Positions 33,205 through 43,500 of a stretch of 64,000 nt of DNA are shown one piece after another. The position numbers were made by a program, and so were the translations under genes. The notes under the pieces were generated by a model, which made no database searches, was not told the origin of the DNA, and saw only the letters and a program-made list of their open reading frames with translations. The stretch's first letter is position 1, and every line of letters starts with the position of its first letter. Source of the stretch: Cyanophora paradoxa CCMP329. Its lineage: Eukaryota > Plantae > Glaucophyta. The stretch covers positions 417,379-481,378 of the forward strand of contig QPMI01000470.1 of NCBI GenBank assembly GCA_004431415.1, read 5' to 3'.

Positions 33205-35696
33205 TTACACATCGATATCTGCGTCGAGGGGCAACGTTCCAACGCTGTCGCTGTCTCCGGCCTCGTGATCCTCGCGCCGATCGAGGCTGCACTCCGAGAG
33301 CGCGAGGCAGCCGCCGAACAGGGCGCGCGCCGTGCGGCCCAGGCGCTCCCGCTCGTCCTTGTCGTCGAAGAGGCGCCGGGAGGAGGGCGCGACCTCCAGC
33401 TTCAGGCGCAGGCGGCGGCGGAGGGGCGCGAGGAGGGGCAGGAGCGCCAGGTCCGCGTCGCGAGAGGCCAGGAAATGAAGCTCCAGGCGCCCCGCGGCCG
33501 CCAGGGCGCCGGCGAGGCCCCGCAGGAGCGCGGGGCGCTCGGAAGGCTCGCCCCCCTTCAGATCGGCCGCCAGAGTCAGGCCGGGCCAGGGCGGCAGCGC
33601 GGCCACCGCCCGTACCCCCGCAATCTCCGCGGACTGCGAGGGGGGCAGGCTGTGAGGGGGGGGGGGGACAAGGAGGAAAGCTCGGTACCCCCATTATGGT
33701 GCAGGAGTGCAGCTTGGGCCGCAGGCGCGCGACAACGTTGACAGCGTGTTCCAGGTCGCTCCGGTTGAGCGGTTGAACCTGAGTCGCAGGGTACGGTGGG
33801 CGACTCTTGCCATCGGGGGGGGGGGGGGGGGGTATAGCAGAGGAGAGGAGGTCCGGCGGGGGATACGGACCACGAGATCTACTGCGAGGCTCGGAAGCGA
33901 GGCCAGCGCGTCGGCGAGCGGCCGGGGATCGAGACTCGAGGAGATCCCGTAAATGCTGCAAAACAAAAGCGGCCAGCGTTCAATTGCGTACGTGGAAAAA
34001 GGGGTCGGCCGGGAATCGAACCAGAAGTAGGCTTCCTTGAGCCCTGTGAGCCGCTTGAGGGGCGCGGCATGGTGCAGAAACAACACCTGTCCGCGCCATG
34101 TCTGTAACCGGATTAGAGCCCGGAAGCGTGGAGGGGCCCCGGACGGATTCGAGCCGGACGCACCATCAGCGACAGCTTCTCGAGCCCCGTGAGCCGCCCG
34201 AGAGCCTCGAAGAAGCGCCCGGCGGCCTCGGGGCTCGAATTCACAGCGCCAGTCACGCCGCCGGTAATTTCCAGCACGCGGACGACCTGCACGGATCAAA
34301 TGATATCTGATCAGATCAGATCAGGTCAGATCGGGTCAGATCGGGTCACCTGCGGGGCGCGAGCGCAGTTGGCGAGCGCCTGCAGAGCGTCCGCGGGGCC
34401 GATGGCCGCGTCGCCGGCTTCATTGAACAGCAGCGAGCCCTGCGTCCACGTACCCCCGCATCGGAGGGGAAGGTCGGAGAGGAAAAGCCGCGAAGGCCGG
34501 TATCGATTCACATATGGAAGGTCGGTATCGTACCCCAGAGTAGAGGGCGAGCTCGAGGCGTTCGATGCGGGCCGTCGTCGGCTCAGTGAGGAGGGCCGGA
34601 GCCGCGCGGGGGAGGTGGTCGAAGGGTACGGTGATCCTCAGCGAGCGGAGCGCCGGGAGGAGCGCGGGGAGCGCCCGCGCATAGCTGGCGCCGACAGTGA
34701 ACGGAAGGCTGACGTGCTGGAGGCGATCGAAGGGCGCGAGGGCGGCGGCGACGGCCGAGTCGGCAGCGTCCCCGGGGCCGAGCGAGAGGATGTTGCTCCA
34801 GCAGAAGAAGCCTCCGTTCCTCCAAATGTCGCCGCCGAGCTCGAGCTGCCGACGGGGTACGCTGGATCAGCGAAGGCGGGGGAGGTGGGGGGAAGGAGGG
34901 GGAGGGAAGGGGGGATACGGAAGAGGGCGGCACTAGAATTCGATCGCGGCGGCGGACGTACCCTGGTCAGGTTCGGCAGCGCGCCGAGGGCTGCGAGGAG
35001 CGCCTCGATGCGGGGGTACATCGACTCGTGCGGCGGTCCGTGGTCGAAAATGTTCACCTGAGCTTCATCTTCCCCCGCCGTCGCCTCGCGGAACTCGACG
35101 CGCGCCGCGGCGATCGACGGCGAGGCGAGCGCGAGGCGCGACGCGATTTCGATCGCCGTGAAGGCCTCCTCGATCATTTCTTCGTAGCCGTAGGAGCTGA
35201 AGCGGAGGCGCAGGGCGCGCGCGCTGCCCCACGCCGCGAAGCCGGCCTCCGGGTGCAGCGAGGCCAGCAGCCCCTTCAGCTTCCGAATGCGACTCGCGTT
35301 GAACTGCTTGTGCTGGTCCGACACCGGTACCTGCCGATCCTTTTCGCTTGTTTCCGCCGCCGCCCGGATCTCCGCCTCGGAGGGCGCGAGGTCCAGCTCG
35401 TCCCAGACGATGGTCCGCAGGACGCCGCGCAGCCGGCGGCACACATGGTGCGGGCGGCACTGCGCCGGGTCGACGTCGTCAGAATGACCGGGTTAGCTAA
35501 ACACAGAGCGCGCGGCTCGATGGGAGCAGCGCACGATCAGGACGTCTCTCAGACCGATCGCGCGGACGATATGCGCCAGCAGCTCGTCGGGGAGAGCATC
35601 GAGGCGCAGCTCGACGCGCTCGGCGCTGCTGGCGGGGTTCGAGCTAGCGACTCGCGCCCGCTTGCGCTCCCGCTCTTGGGCGACCTCCATTTGCAT
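33205..35696 (-). CDS. F-box/LRR-like protein (multi-exon)
   Basis: LDALPDELLAHIVRAIG..CRRLR..W F-box motif. Downstream exons have LPNL/LKRLTGL LRR-like segments. Confidence 0.7.
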
Positions 35697-35783
35697 GTTC
35701 ACTCAATTTGGGGTCGACTCCCGGGACCTCGCGTGCCTGATCGGCTTGTACCGTACCGTACCCCCTGGCCGGCTTGGCGAGCC

Positions 35784-35817
35784 TTGGCCGGCTTGGCGCC
35801 GGCAGCCTTGGCTCGTA
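35784..35817. repeat. Flanking 34-bp direct repeat, left copy (right copy 48378-48411)
   Basis: TTGGCCGGCTTGGCGCCGGCAGCCTTGGCTCGTA occurs on both sides of the Ngaro element. Confidence 0.9.
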
Positions 35818-35851
35818 CGCGAAGCAGGGGAGAGGCAGGACCAAGGCGCCG
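35815..35851 (-). repeat. Ngaro repeat B2 (37 bp; matches 36256-36292)
   Basis: GTACGCGAAGCAGGGGAGAGGCAGGACCAAGGCGCCG is identical at both sites. Confidence 0.88.
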
Positions 35852-35876
35852 TATACATAGGGTAGGGTCGGGTGGG

Positions 35877-36001
35877 AGAGCTCGAGGCGCGACGGCGCAC
35901 TCGGGGTACAACAACTGAAGAGGGGCGGGCAGTCGTGCCTCGGGTACAGCTGCTCTACGTCTACTCGCGGGTTGACCTAAGTAAACTACTTTACTATCAA
36001 T
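35877..36001 (-). repeat. Ngaro repeat A2 (125 bp)
   Basis: Identical to 48254-48378. Confidence 0.92.
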
Positions 36002-36363
36002 CAACCCTAGCGAGTTTACTCTTAGCAATAGAGGGGTACACTCCCCGCAGTGCTGTGAGCTCTGCGTCGCTAGCATGGTCATATGCTAATCTAGTATATG
36101 CATACACAACTCGAAATGGGTGCCAAGAAGGGGACTGCCTCGGGCCTGTGAAAATCCTGAGCGTGAAACTGGGCTAGAGTCCGTAGCAGGCAGAGGGGTA
36201 CGTGAACTAGGGCTAGTTCGCAACACCTGTCCTGGGTACGGCAGTCTGGCCTAGGGTACGCGAAGCAGGGGAGAGGCAGGACCAAGGCGCCGAGGCGGGC
36301 GGCGGCTGCGAAGTGGGCGCCGCGCGCTGGCACCCATGGAGAGAGGTGTGTGATGAATGAAGG

Positions 36364-37350
36364 TCAGCTGGAGGGCACTGCGGCTGGGGGCGCGTGGCTG
36401 CTGGCGAGGAGGAGGCCCCGCTGGCGGCGGACGAGCTCGGGGCGCGCACGGATGTACAGCTGGAAAGCGTCGGACCGCCAGCGGCCGAGGAGCTGGATAG
36501 CGTAGTCAGGGAGGCCGGCCTCGAACGCCGCGGTGGCGGCGCCGATGCGGAAGCTGTGCGGCAGCAGGGGGTCGGCTGCGTAGCCGAGGGCGTGGAGCCA
36601 GTTGCGGAGGGCGGCATGCAGCTCCGAACGGGTCAGCGGCTGGCCGGTGGCGGCATGTGCGAAGATGTAGGCGTCAGGGCGGGCGGGGCCCGTCCAGGAG
36701 AGGGCGAGGGCCTCGAGGGCGCAGTGAGCGCACTCCAGGCCGCCGACATGGGGAATGTCGACGTCACAGCCCTGGCCTCGCTGATCGGTCTTCGACTTCT
36801 TCAGGCGGAGGCGGGCGAAGCTCTCGCCCTCGTCCGTGAAGAAGCGGAGGTCGCGGCGCTGGAAGAGCCGGGCCGGGTCGGGCACAGGGAGGCGGACAGC
36901 ACAGACCTCGCTGCAGCGGAAGAAGCCGAAGAAGGCGGTGGAAAAGGCGGCCCAGAGGAGCCGCGTCTCAGGTGATGGGTGGGCGGCTGCATACTGGGCG
37001 AGGTCACTGAGCTGTCCGCGCGTGATCGGGTCGCGGCGGAGTTTGGGGCGAGGGTCGGCCACGCGGGCGATGCCCTCGAGGAGCCGGGCGAGGCGCGGCA
37101 TGGAGCCCCAGAAAGTGCTGAAGCCGGAGTCGACGTGCAGCGACTGCACGGCCGTGATGTACGTGCGGATGGATGGCGGGGCGACGCCGCCACGGCGGAA
37201 GAGGTGCGCCGCGAAGAAGCAGAGTGTAGCCTCCGACGCCGGCAGGACCGAGCCCTGCCTGTCGTGCAGACCCCGCTGGAGGCAGAACTCGATGAACTCG
37301 CGCTGCGGGTACGAGTAGCTCCTGCGGGTGCTGGCCGCTAAGCCGGACAT
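36364..37350 (-). CDS. Tyrosine recombinase of the Ngaro element
   Basis: Intact ORF with FFGFFRCSE (R), KKSKTDQ (K), HSFRIGAAT (HxxR) and LGRWRSDAFQLYIR (W, Y). Confidence 0.95.
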   Translation of the reverse strand: MSGLAASTRRSYSYPQREFIEFCLQRGLHDRQGSVLPASEATLCFFAAHLFRRGGVAPPSIRTYITAVQSLHVDSGFSTFWGSMPRLARLLEGIARVADPRPKLRRDPITRGQLSDLAQYAAAHPSPETRLLWAAFSTAFFGFFRCSEVCAVRLPVPDPARLFQRRDLRFFTDEGESFARLRLKKSKTDQRGQGCDVDIPHVGGLECAHCALEALALSWTGPARPDAYIFAHAATGQPLTRSELHAALRNWLHALGYAADPLLPHSFRIGAATAAFEAGLPDYAIQLLGRWRSDAFQLYIRARPELVRRQRGLLLASSHAPPAAVPSS

Positions 37351-39620
37351 GTAGAGGTGCGTGGCGAGGGCGGCAAGGGGTCGATCGACGGCCAGCAGGC
37401 GGGGGTCGGCAAAGAATCCGCTGACCGGTGCAGTCGGCGGAACTGCTCGATCTGGAGGCGGGAGAGGGGGTCGGCCAGGACGTTAGACAGGCCAGCGATG
37501 TGCGTGGCGCGAAACTCGAAAGAGTGGAGGACGGAAAGGGCATAGAGGGTGCGGAGGAGGGTGGCGAAGCCGGGGCGGGGGGAGTAGCCGTTGGCAATGG
37601 CAAGGGCAACCGGCTCGCAGTCGGTGTGGAAGTTAATCCGCCGGCGGTGCCACTGGGCCCCACGTGACGGCGGCGATGACGATCGCCATGAGCTCGCGCC
37701 AGGGCATGCTGGCAGGGATGTCGGGGTGGTCGGCCCAGGCGCCGAAGAGCCAGGCGTCGCCAAAGACGGCGCCAAAGCCCACGCCGCTGGCATCAGTCTC
37801 CAGGCGTAGCTCCCGCGAGTCGGCCCAGCGGGCTGAGGCGGGGAGGAGGCGGACGCCGTGCCGCTCGGCAAGCAGGAAGCGCCACCAACGGAGGTCTGCG
37901 TGGAAGCCGGGGTGGAGCGTGGCACGGTGGTGGTCCTTGCGCAGGGCAGAGATGAGACTCAGCACGCGCTGGAGGAAGAAGCGGCCGGGGGGAATGACGG
38001 CGGTGGCGGAGGTGAGGAGACCGGCGAGGGCCTGGAGGTCATGCCGGGTGGCGTGCCGCTTTCCCTCCCAGCTGCCGAGGAGCGAGACGAGGTCCTCGTA
38101 GCGGCCGGCCGAGAGGCGCGCCTCCATCGCGTCGGTGTCGAGCTCGATGCCGAGGAAGACGAGGCGGAAGGCGGGCCCCTCCAGCTTCTCCGCAGCCAGC
38201 GGGATGCCCAGGTGGGAGCAGATGGCCTGGAGGGCCTCCATCGACCGTGCACACTCGGCAGTGCCGGGGCGCCCGAGCACGAGGATGTCGTCGACGTAGC
38301 GCAGGAAGAGGACGCCCCCCCGACGGAGGGCGTGGTCGAGGGCCTGACCGAGGTCCTCGAACGTGCGTGGGGAGGAGCGGCCACCGAATGGGAGAGCCAT
38401 GTCGTAGTAGAAGTCGTACGCGCCGGGGCGGGCGGGATCCTCGGAGGGGAGGGCGGCACCCAGCAGCCAGTAGTCCTCCGGGCGGACCGGCAGGAGGCGG
38501 AAGGCGTCCCGCACGTCGGCCTTGCCCAGCTGCGTGAGCCGGCCCAGGGAGATGATGAGCTCGATCGCGTCTGCCACCGAAGGGGAGGTGTAGTGAAGGG
38601 GAGCATTGTCGATGCCGCGGTTGACGCTGAAGCCGCGAAACCGGGGATAAGATAGGTCTGTGATGCGCCGCCACTTGGGTGGGTTGGAGCGCTTCTTCGG
38701 CACGGCGCCGAGTGGCGAGGCGACGAAGGGGGCGAAGGGCGGATGCGGGAAAGGGCCGGCCATGCGTCCCGCCGCCCGCTCCTTGGCGACGTCCGCCCGC
38801 ACGGCGTCGAGATGTTCCAGCGCCGTGGGATGGGGCCTGTGGACCGCCGAGTAAGGCGGCCCGCGGTAGAGCAGAGGGAAGCCGCGGGTGAAGCCCTGGG
38901 CCAGGCGGGTAGCGAGCGTGGGGTCTGGATGGTCGGCCAGCGCGGCCAGAAGGTTGGGGAGGTGCACCGGCGTGGGCGCCAGTCCCGACGGGAGCGGGGC
39001 GCCGCCGACAGCACTCGTGGGGTAGGTCGGGACAGTCGTGTCGAAAGGGGGGGCCAGCGGTTGCTTGCGGATGCGCGTGTGCGCGCGGGCGCGCGTGCCC
39101 GCGGGCGCGGCGGCGTCAGCGACTGCGGAAGTGGGCCGCTCCGGAGTCGAAGAGGCGAAAGAGGACCCGGCGGGAATCGAGCGCGGGTCGGGAGCGTGGG
39201 CGGCGGCGCCGGCGGTCGCTGTGGAAACGGGCCGCTCCGGAGCCGAAGCAGCGAAAGAGGACCCGGCGGGAATCGAGCGCGGGTCGTGGGGGGGGTCGAC
39301 GGCGGTCGCCGTGGAAACGCGCCTCTCCGGAATCGAAGCGGCGGAAGTGGACCCGGTCGGACTCGAACTGCGGGTCTCGGAGACAACAGACACGACGTCC
39401 TGTCCGCTAGGCCGCTGGACGCAACGGCCCGGGACAGCGGACGCCGGTACAAAACCGGGTGCCCGGATGGGCGAAGCCCGGGGGGAAGATGCCGAGGGGG
39501 GGGCGATCGGACTTAGCCGCGGGAGGGCCGCGACCGAGACCGAAGGGGGCGGAGGCGGGGACGGCGGCGATGGGCGCACCGCTGCCGCCAGAGGGGGCGC
39601 CACCGCCTCCGGAGGGCTCC
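37338..39620 (-). CDS. DIRS/Ngaro reverse transcriptase-RNase H (one frameshift near 37650)
   Basis: SPLGAVPKK, WRRITDLS, ADVRDAFR, LPFGGRSSP, YVDD, FLGIELDT. RNase H motifs ETDASG, ELMA, HTDC and NVLADPLSR. Start is approximate. Confidence 0.93.
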
Positions 39621-39682
39621 TATGATGCTCCGCGTCTGGCGCGCCGCAGGGAGCGGGAACTGCGGCCGCCTGCGGGGGGTGC

Positions 39683-40570
39683 TCAGGAAGGGCCGACGGC
39701 GCCGGCGCCGGTGGCGGTACGGCGCGCGCAGTCGGGGTGGTCCCGGCTGTGGCACTGGGCGCAGATATGGCGCCCGAAGAAGCAGACGCCGTCGCTGACG
39801 GCGTTCTTGCAGATGCCCTGGTTGAAGCACCAACAGATGGCTGGGCTGACGCCGAAGTAGCGCGGGTCCTCGGTGTGCCAGACGGCGCCACGGTCGAGGG
39901 CATCCTGCACGGCCCGGGACCGCGAGCGGCCGGAGCCGGAGGCGGCCCGAGTGTCGCCGCTGGGCGCGGTGCCGGGCGGGGACGCGAGCGCGGCGACCGC
40001 CGAGGCCGCGGCGGGGCGCGCCGCGGCGCTGGCGCGCGACGCCCGGCCGCCGCCGGCCGGACGGGCGGCTGCATCGACGGCGGCGGCCGAGGCCACGATG
40101 CTGCCGGCGTGAAAGGGGAGGGGGCCCCCGAGCCCGAGCCCCCCCTCGGGCAGGCTGCGCGCGAGGAGAGCCATGCTGTGGTGGCCAAGGGCGCGGTACC
40201 GGCCGTCGGCGTCCTCGGCGCAGGCGAGGGCGTCAGCAAGGTGATGCTGCACCCACGGGAAGACCCGCTCCCACGGAAGCGTGCGGGCAAGGACGATGAT
40301 CTCGTACTGCAGCCGGGACAGGGCCTCGAGGCGGCGGCAGCGCTCCTCCGCCGGCAGCATGGTGTCCGTGGAGATCTGGAAGGCGAGGAGCTGAAGGCAC
40401 AGGAGGAGGTCGGGGAAGGCGAGCTGCTCGCGCTGTGTGCCGGTGCTGGACGAGGCGGAGTGCGCCTGGAGGACCAGCCGGCCCGAGACGGGGTCGAGGG
40501 ACACCGCGATGGCGTCCGCGGCGGAGGACGCGAGGCCCGACTGGGTGGCGGAGGGGGAGAAGACGGGGTC
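39683..40570 (-). pseudogene. Ngaro gag-like ORF1, 3' fragment
   Basis: C-terminal CWCFNQGIC..C....H.C..C....H zinc-finger cluster typical of DIRS/Ngaro ORF1. It overlaps the RT frame. Confidence 0.8.
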
Positions 40571-43500
40571 TAGAAAGAGCCTACGGAGCTCGAAAGGCCC
40601 CCCCGCCCGAATCGCCGATCTCTTGCATTAGCACACAACACAACTACAATGAGTTTCACATCGCCCAATAAATCTCTCCGACTAGATACTATCGAGGACC
40701 GTCGTATGCTGTGCTTTAGAAAGTACAAAATGAACGAAAGGTTTGAAGGTTTCGTGTCTAGATATCTAGCTAAGGAGGTTTCTACCTAATACTAATGATG
40801 TGGAAGCTAGCTGTATCGATTTCTAAACTAACCTAAACTCCCGGCTACGAGGTCCTATCTCTACAAAAGACTCCCAATCATGGTACGTCCGCCGCCAGCG
40901 CTGCCCAAGGGCCTCGCCGCGCCGTGTGCCAGGCTCCTCGCCAGCCCCAGTAGATTGGGCTACTGGCCGCCTCCTGCCGTCGCCTCCGCCGCCTCCAGTT
41001 GTTGGTGTTGCGTCCTCCGGCCCCGCCCCAGACCGCAATCCCCCGTGTCTCCCTCTAGCGCGGGCGCGCCCTTTTTGTGCCCACGCCCCAAGCATACCTG
41101 TTCGTATGGTCGTACACTTGCATGGCCGCCGAAGCCCGGACCCAGCCGTAGTCGTCTGGCGGGCAGCTCAGGTGTGAGAGGGCTAGGGTTTCCCCGCCCT
41201 GGTGGCGGGACTCGAGGCACCGCACTCCCTGCAGCGTTCCCGCTGCCGGGGCTCCGGATCCGCGCGCTTCCTGCGAGCGTTGCCAGCCGTATCGTCAGGC
41301 GGCGCGTCGGCCTCGCGGTCGCGCGCCCCAGTGCGCTTCGCCTTGGCGCGACGTTCTTTCATGACCTTCGTGATCCCGCACGCCTTCTCCCACTCCGCGT
41401 ACGCCTGGCATCTGGCGGCCCACGTTTTATGGGCCTGCTCGCCTATGGCCGTCGCCAGCTTGCGCACGACCTGGGCAGCTTTCTTGGCGTCCGGGACGGT
41501 CTCGCGGACCATGTCGGTGAGGCCCGCCGGGGCAGCCCCCGTAGCACGCACATCTGCGCCTGCCGTTCAGCCGCCGTGAGCGTCGGGTCGTTGACTCTCG
41601 TGACCTTCAGGGATCTGGAGAGCGCGTGTGGCACTGATCGCTTCTGCGCGCCTTCGAGGGCCTCGCTGACCGTCGCTGCGATGCGTGCTTCCGCAGCGGT
41701 GCGCGCCTCCGTCGCCACCGCGCTGGGGCAGGTGAGGACGTGCTCCAGCGTCTCCTCGGGCCCAGTCACAAGCCGGGGCCGGCCTTCGCCATCGATTTCC
41801 CGCGTGCTGCAGAGCGCACAGAGTCCTGCCGGGTTCACTTCGCTGTAGAGCTCGGGCGCGTCTCGCTTGCGGACGAGGGCCGTCGCCACCGTACCCATCA
41901 CGAGTTTCATGTGCGTACCCCGGAAGCAGTTGCTCTCCCGGCTCACCCCGACTCGGCGGGGCCCCATAGCCATCTGATCGTACACGGCCCCATGGTCCAC
42001 TGGCAGCCGTAGCCACTCCCCGGCCTTGAGCTGGTTCGTCCACGCGAAGTGCGTGTGGTGCGCGTGAAGCACAGCGGCGTGCCGCCGGGGGTCGCCTTCG
42101 ACTCGCCTGACTATCCCGGTCGGTCCCTCGATCGTCAGCACTGCCGGCATGCTGAACTCGGGCGGCAGGAAGATGTTCTCGTCCAGTTCCTCCTGTTCCA
42201 GGTGCGCGCCTTGATCGGCCGCTCTGTCGGCGGCGTCGTTTAGCTCGTGCATATCCTCGTCGCTGTGCGCCTTGACCTTGATAACCGCAGCCGGCCGCTG
42301 CCGATCCCGTCCCATCACCAGGGCACGGAACTTGGACCACGCGTACAGCTCAGCGCTGCACGTGTTCCGGATGTAGTCTCGCATGTGCATATCGTGCGCA
42401 TTCAGCACGAACTTATCGAACCATGTGCAGACGTTCTGACTGTCCGTGTGCAGGCGCACCCCCTGCGCCGCGAGCACGTCGGCGACGATCGCAGCCTGGA
42501 GCTCAGCCTTGTTGTTCTCTTGAAGCCCGCGCAGCCGGCCGACGTACGTGCCTGCCCATTCCGGGTGGTTCGCCACGGTCCCGTCCGGGAACTCGGCCGG
42601 ACTCACGACGCCGAGGCCGGCGTGCGCCCCTTCCGTCTGACCCTTCTTCAGGCTCCCGTCCGTCCATATCCACTGCTCGAGTTTGCCTGGGCGACGGCCG
42701 AGCTTCGCGAGTTCCGCCTCTTCGATCTGCTCCCAATTTGCCAGCATGTGCTGCCAGTAAACGGTGAGGGTGACCCCTTCCTGCGCCGCCCGGGAGTCCC
42801 AGTGGCGCGGCGCTCCGCCCGCGTAGTAGAGCTCGCTCTGCTCTGCTGAATCTGACACAGGTTGTGCCTCGTCCCGCGGCTCGGCGCCCGGCGTCGCCGC
42901 CGCAGCTACTTCCAGCGCGGCCTGCAGCTCAGCCTCGGCCTCCTGGCTCAGCTGTTCACGGAGGAAGCGCTCGTCACCATCCTGTACGGCTTTCACGCGG
43001 GCCTGGAGAAGCAGTGCCCTGCGTTTCTCGTCGTCTTGCGTGCGCAGGCCCGGGTCGTAGTACTCCAAGGTCGGTCGCAGGGCGACCTGCTTGCGCCCGC
43101 GCTTCGACATCGTCTCCTGCCCCGCCGCTACCGCCGGCGTCTCCTCCGTCGGTTCGCCTTCCAAGGCGAGGAGGGTATCCTCCTCCTCCCACCAGCCCTT
43201 CCCGTGCGCCCACGAGCCGTCGCACTGACTCATTTCGGGGCAGCGCGACGGAGCATTGCGCGTGCACCGGTCGTCATGGTGCCAGTACTGCTTTCCTGTC
43301 CCCTGCACTGCTGTGTACGTGCTCGTCTGCCCCTCTATTTCGGGGTGCCGGCAGTGACCGTCACACCGGCAGTAGAGCCCCTCTTTCTCCGCGTCGGGGT
43401 CCGCGCCCTTCGGCACCGGCACCCAGTGCTCCAGCAGGTACTCCGACGCTAGTATGCTGCCCGTCGCGGACTTGAACGTAATGACTCGCCCACGTGGGGC

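Noticed and set aside
36394-40573. Long plus-strand ORFs over the Ngaro element
   Set aside because: They are antisense shadows of GC-rich coding sequence.
40571-40830. Ribozyme or poly(A) tail at the LINE 3' end
   Set aside because: Only a short GAGC/GCTC hairpin is seen. No hammerhead core (CTGATGA..GAAA) and no tail repeat.
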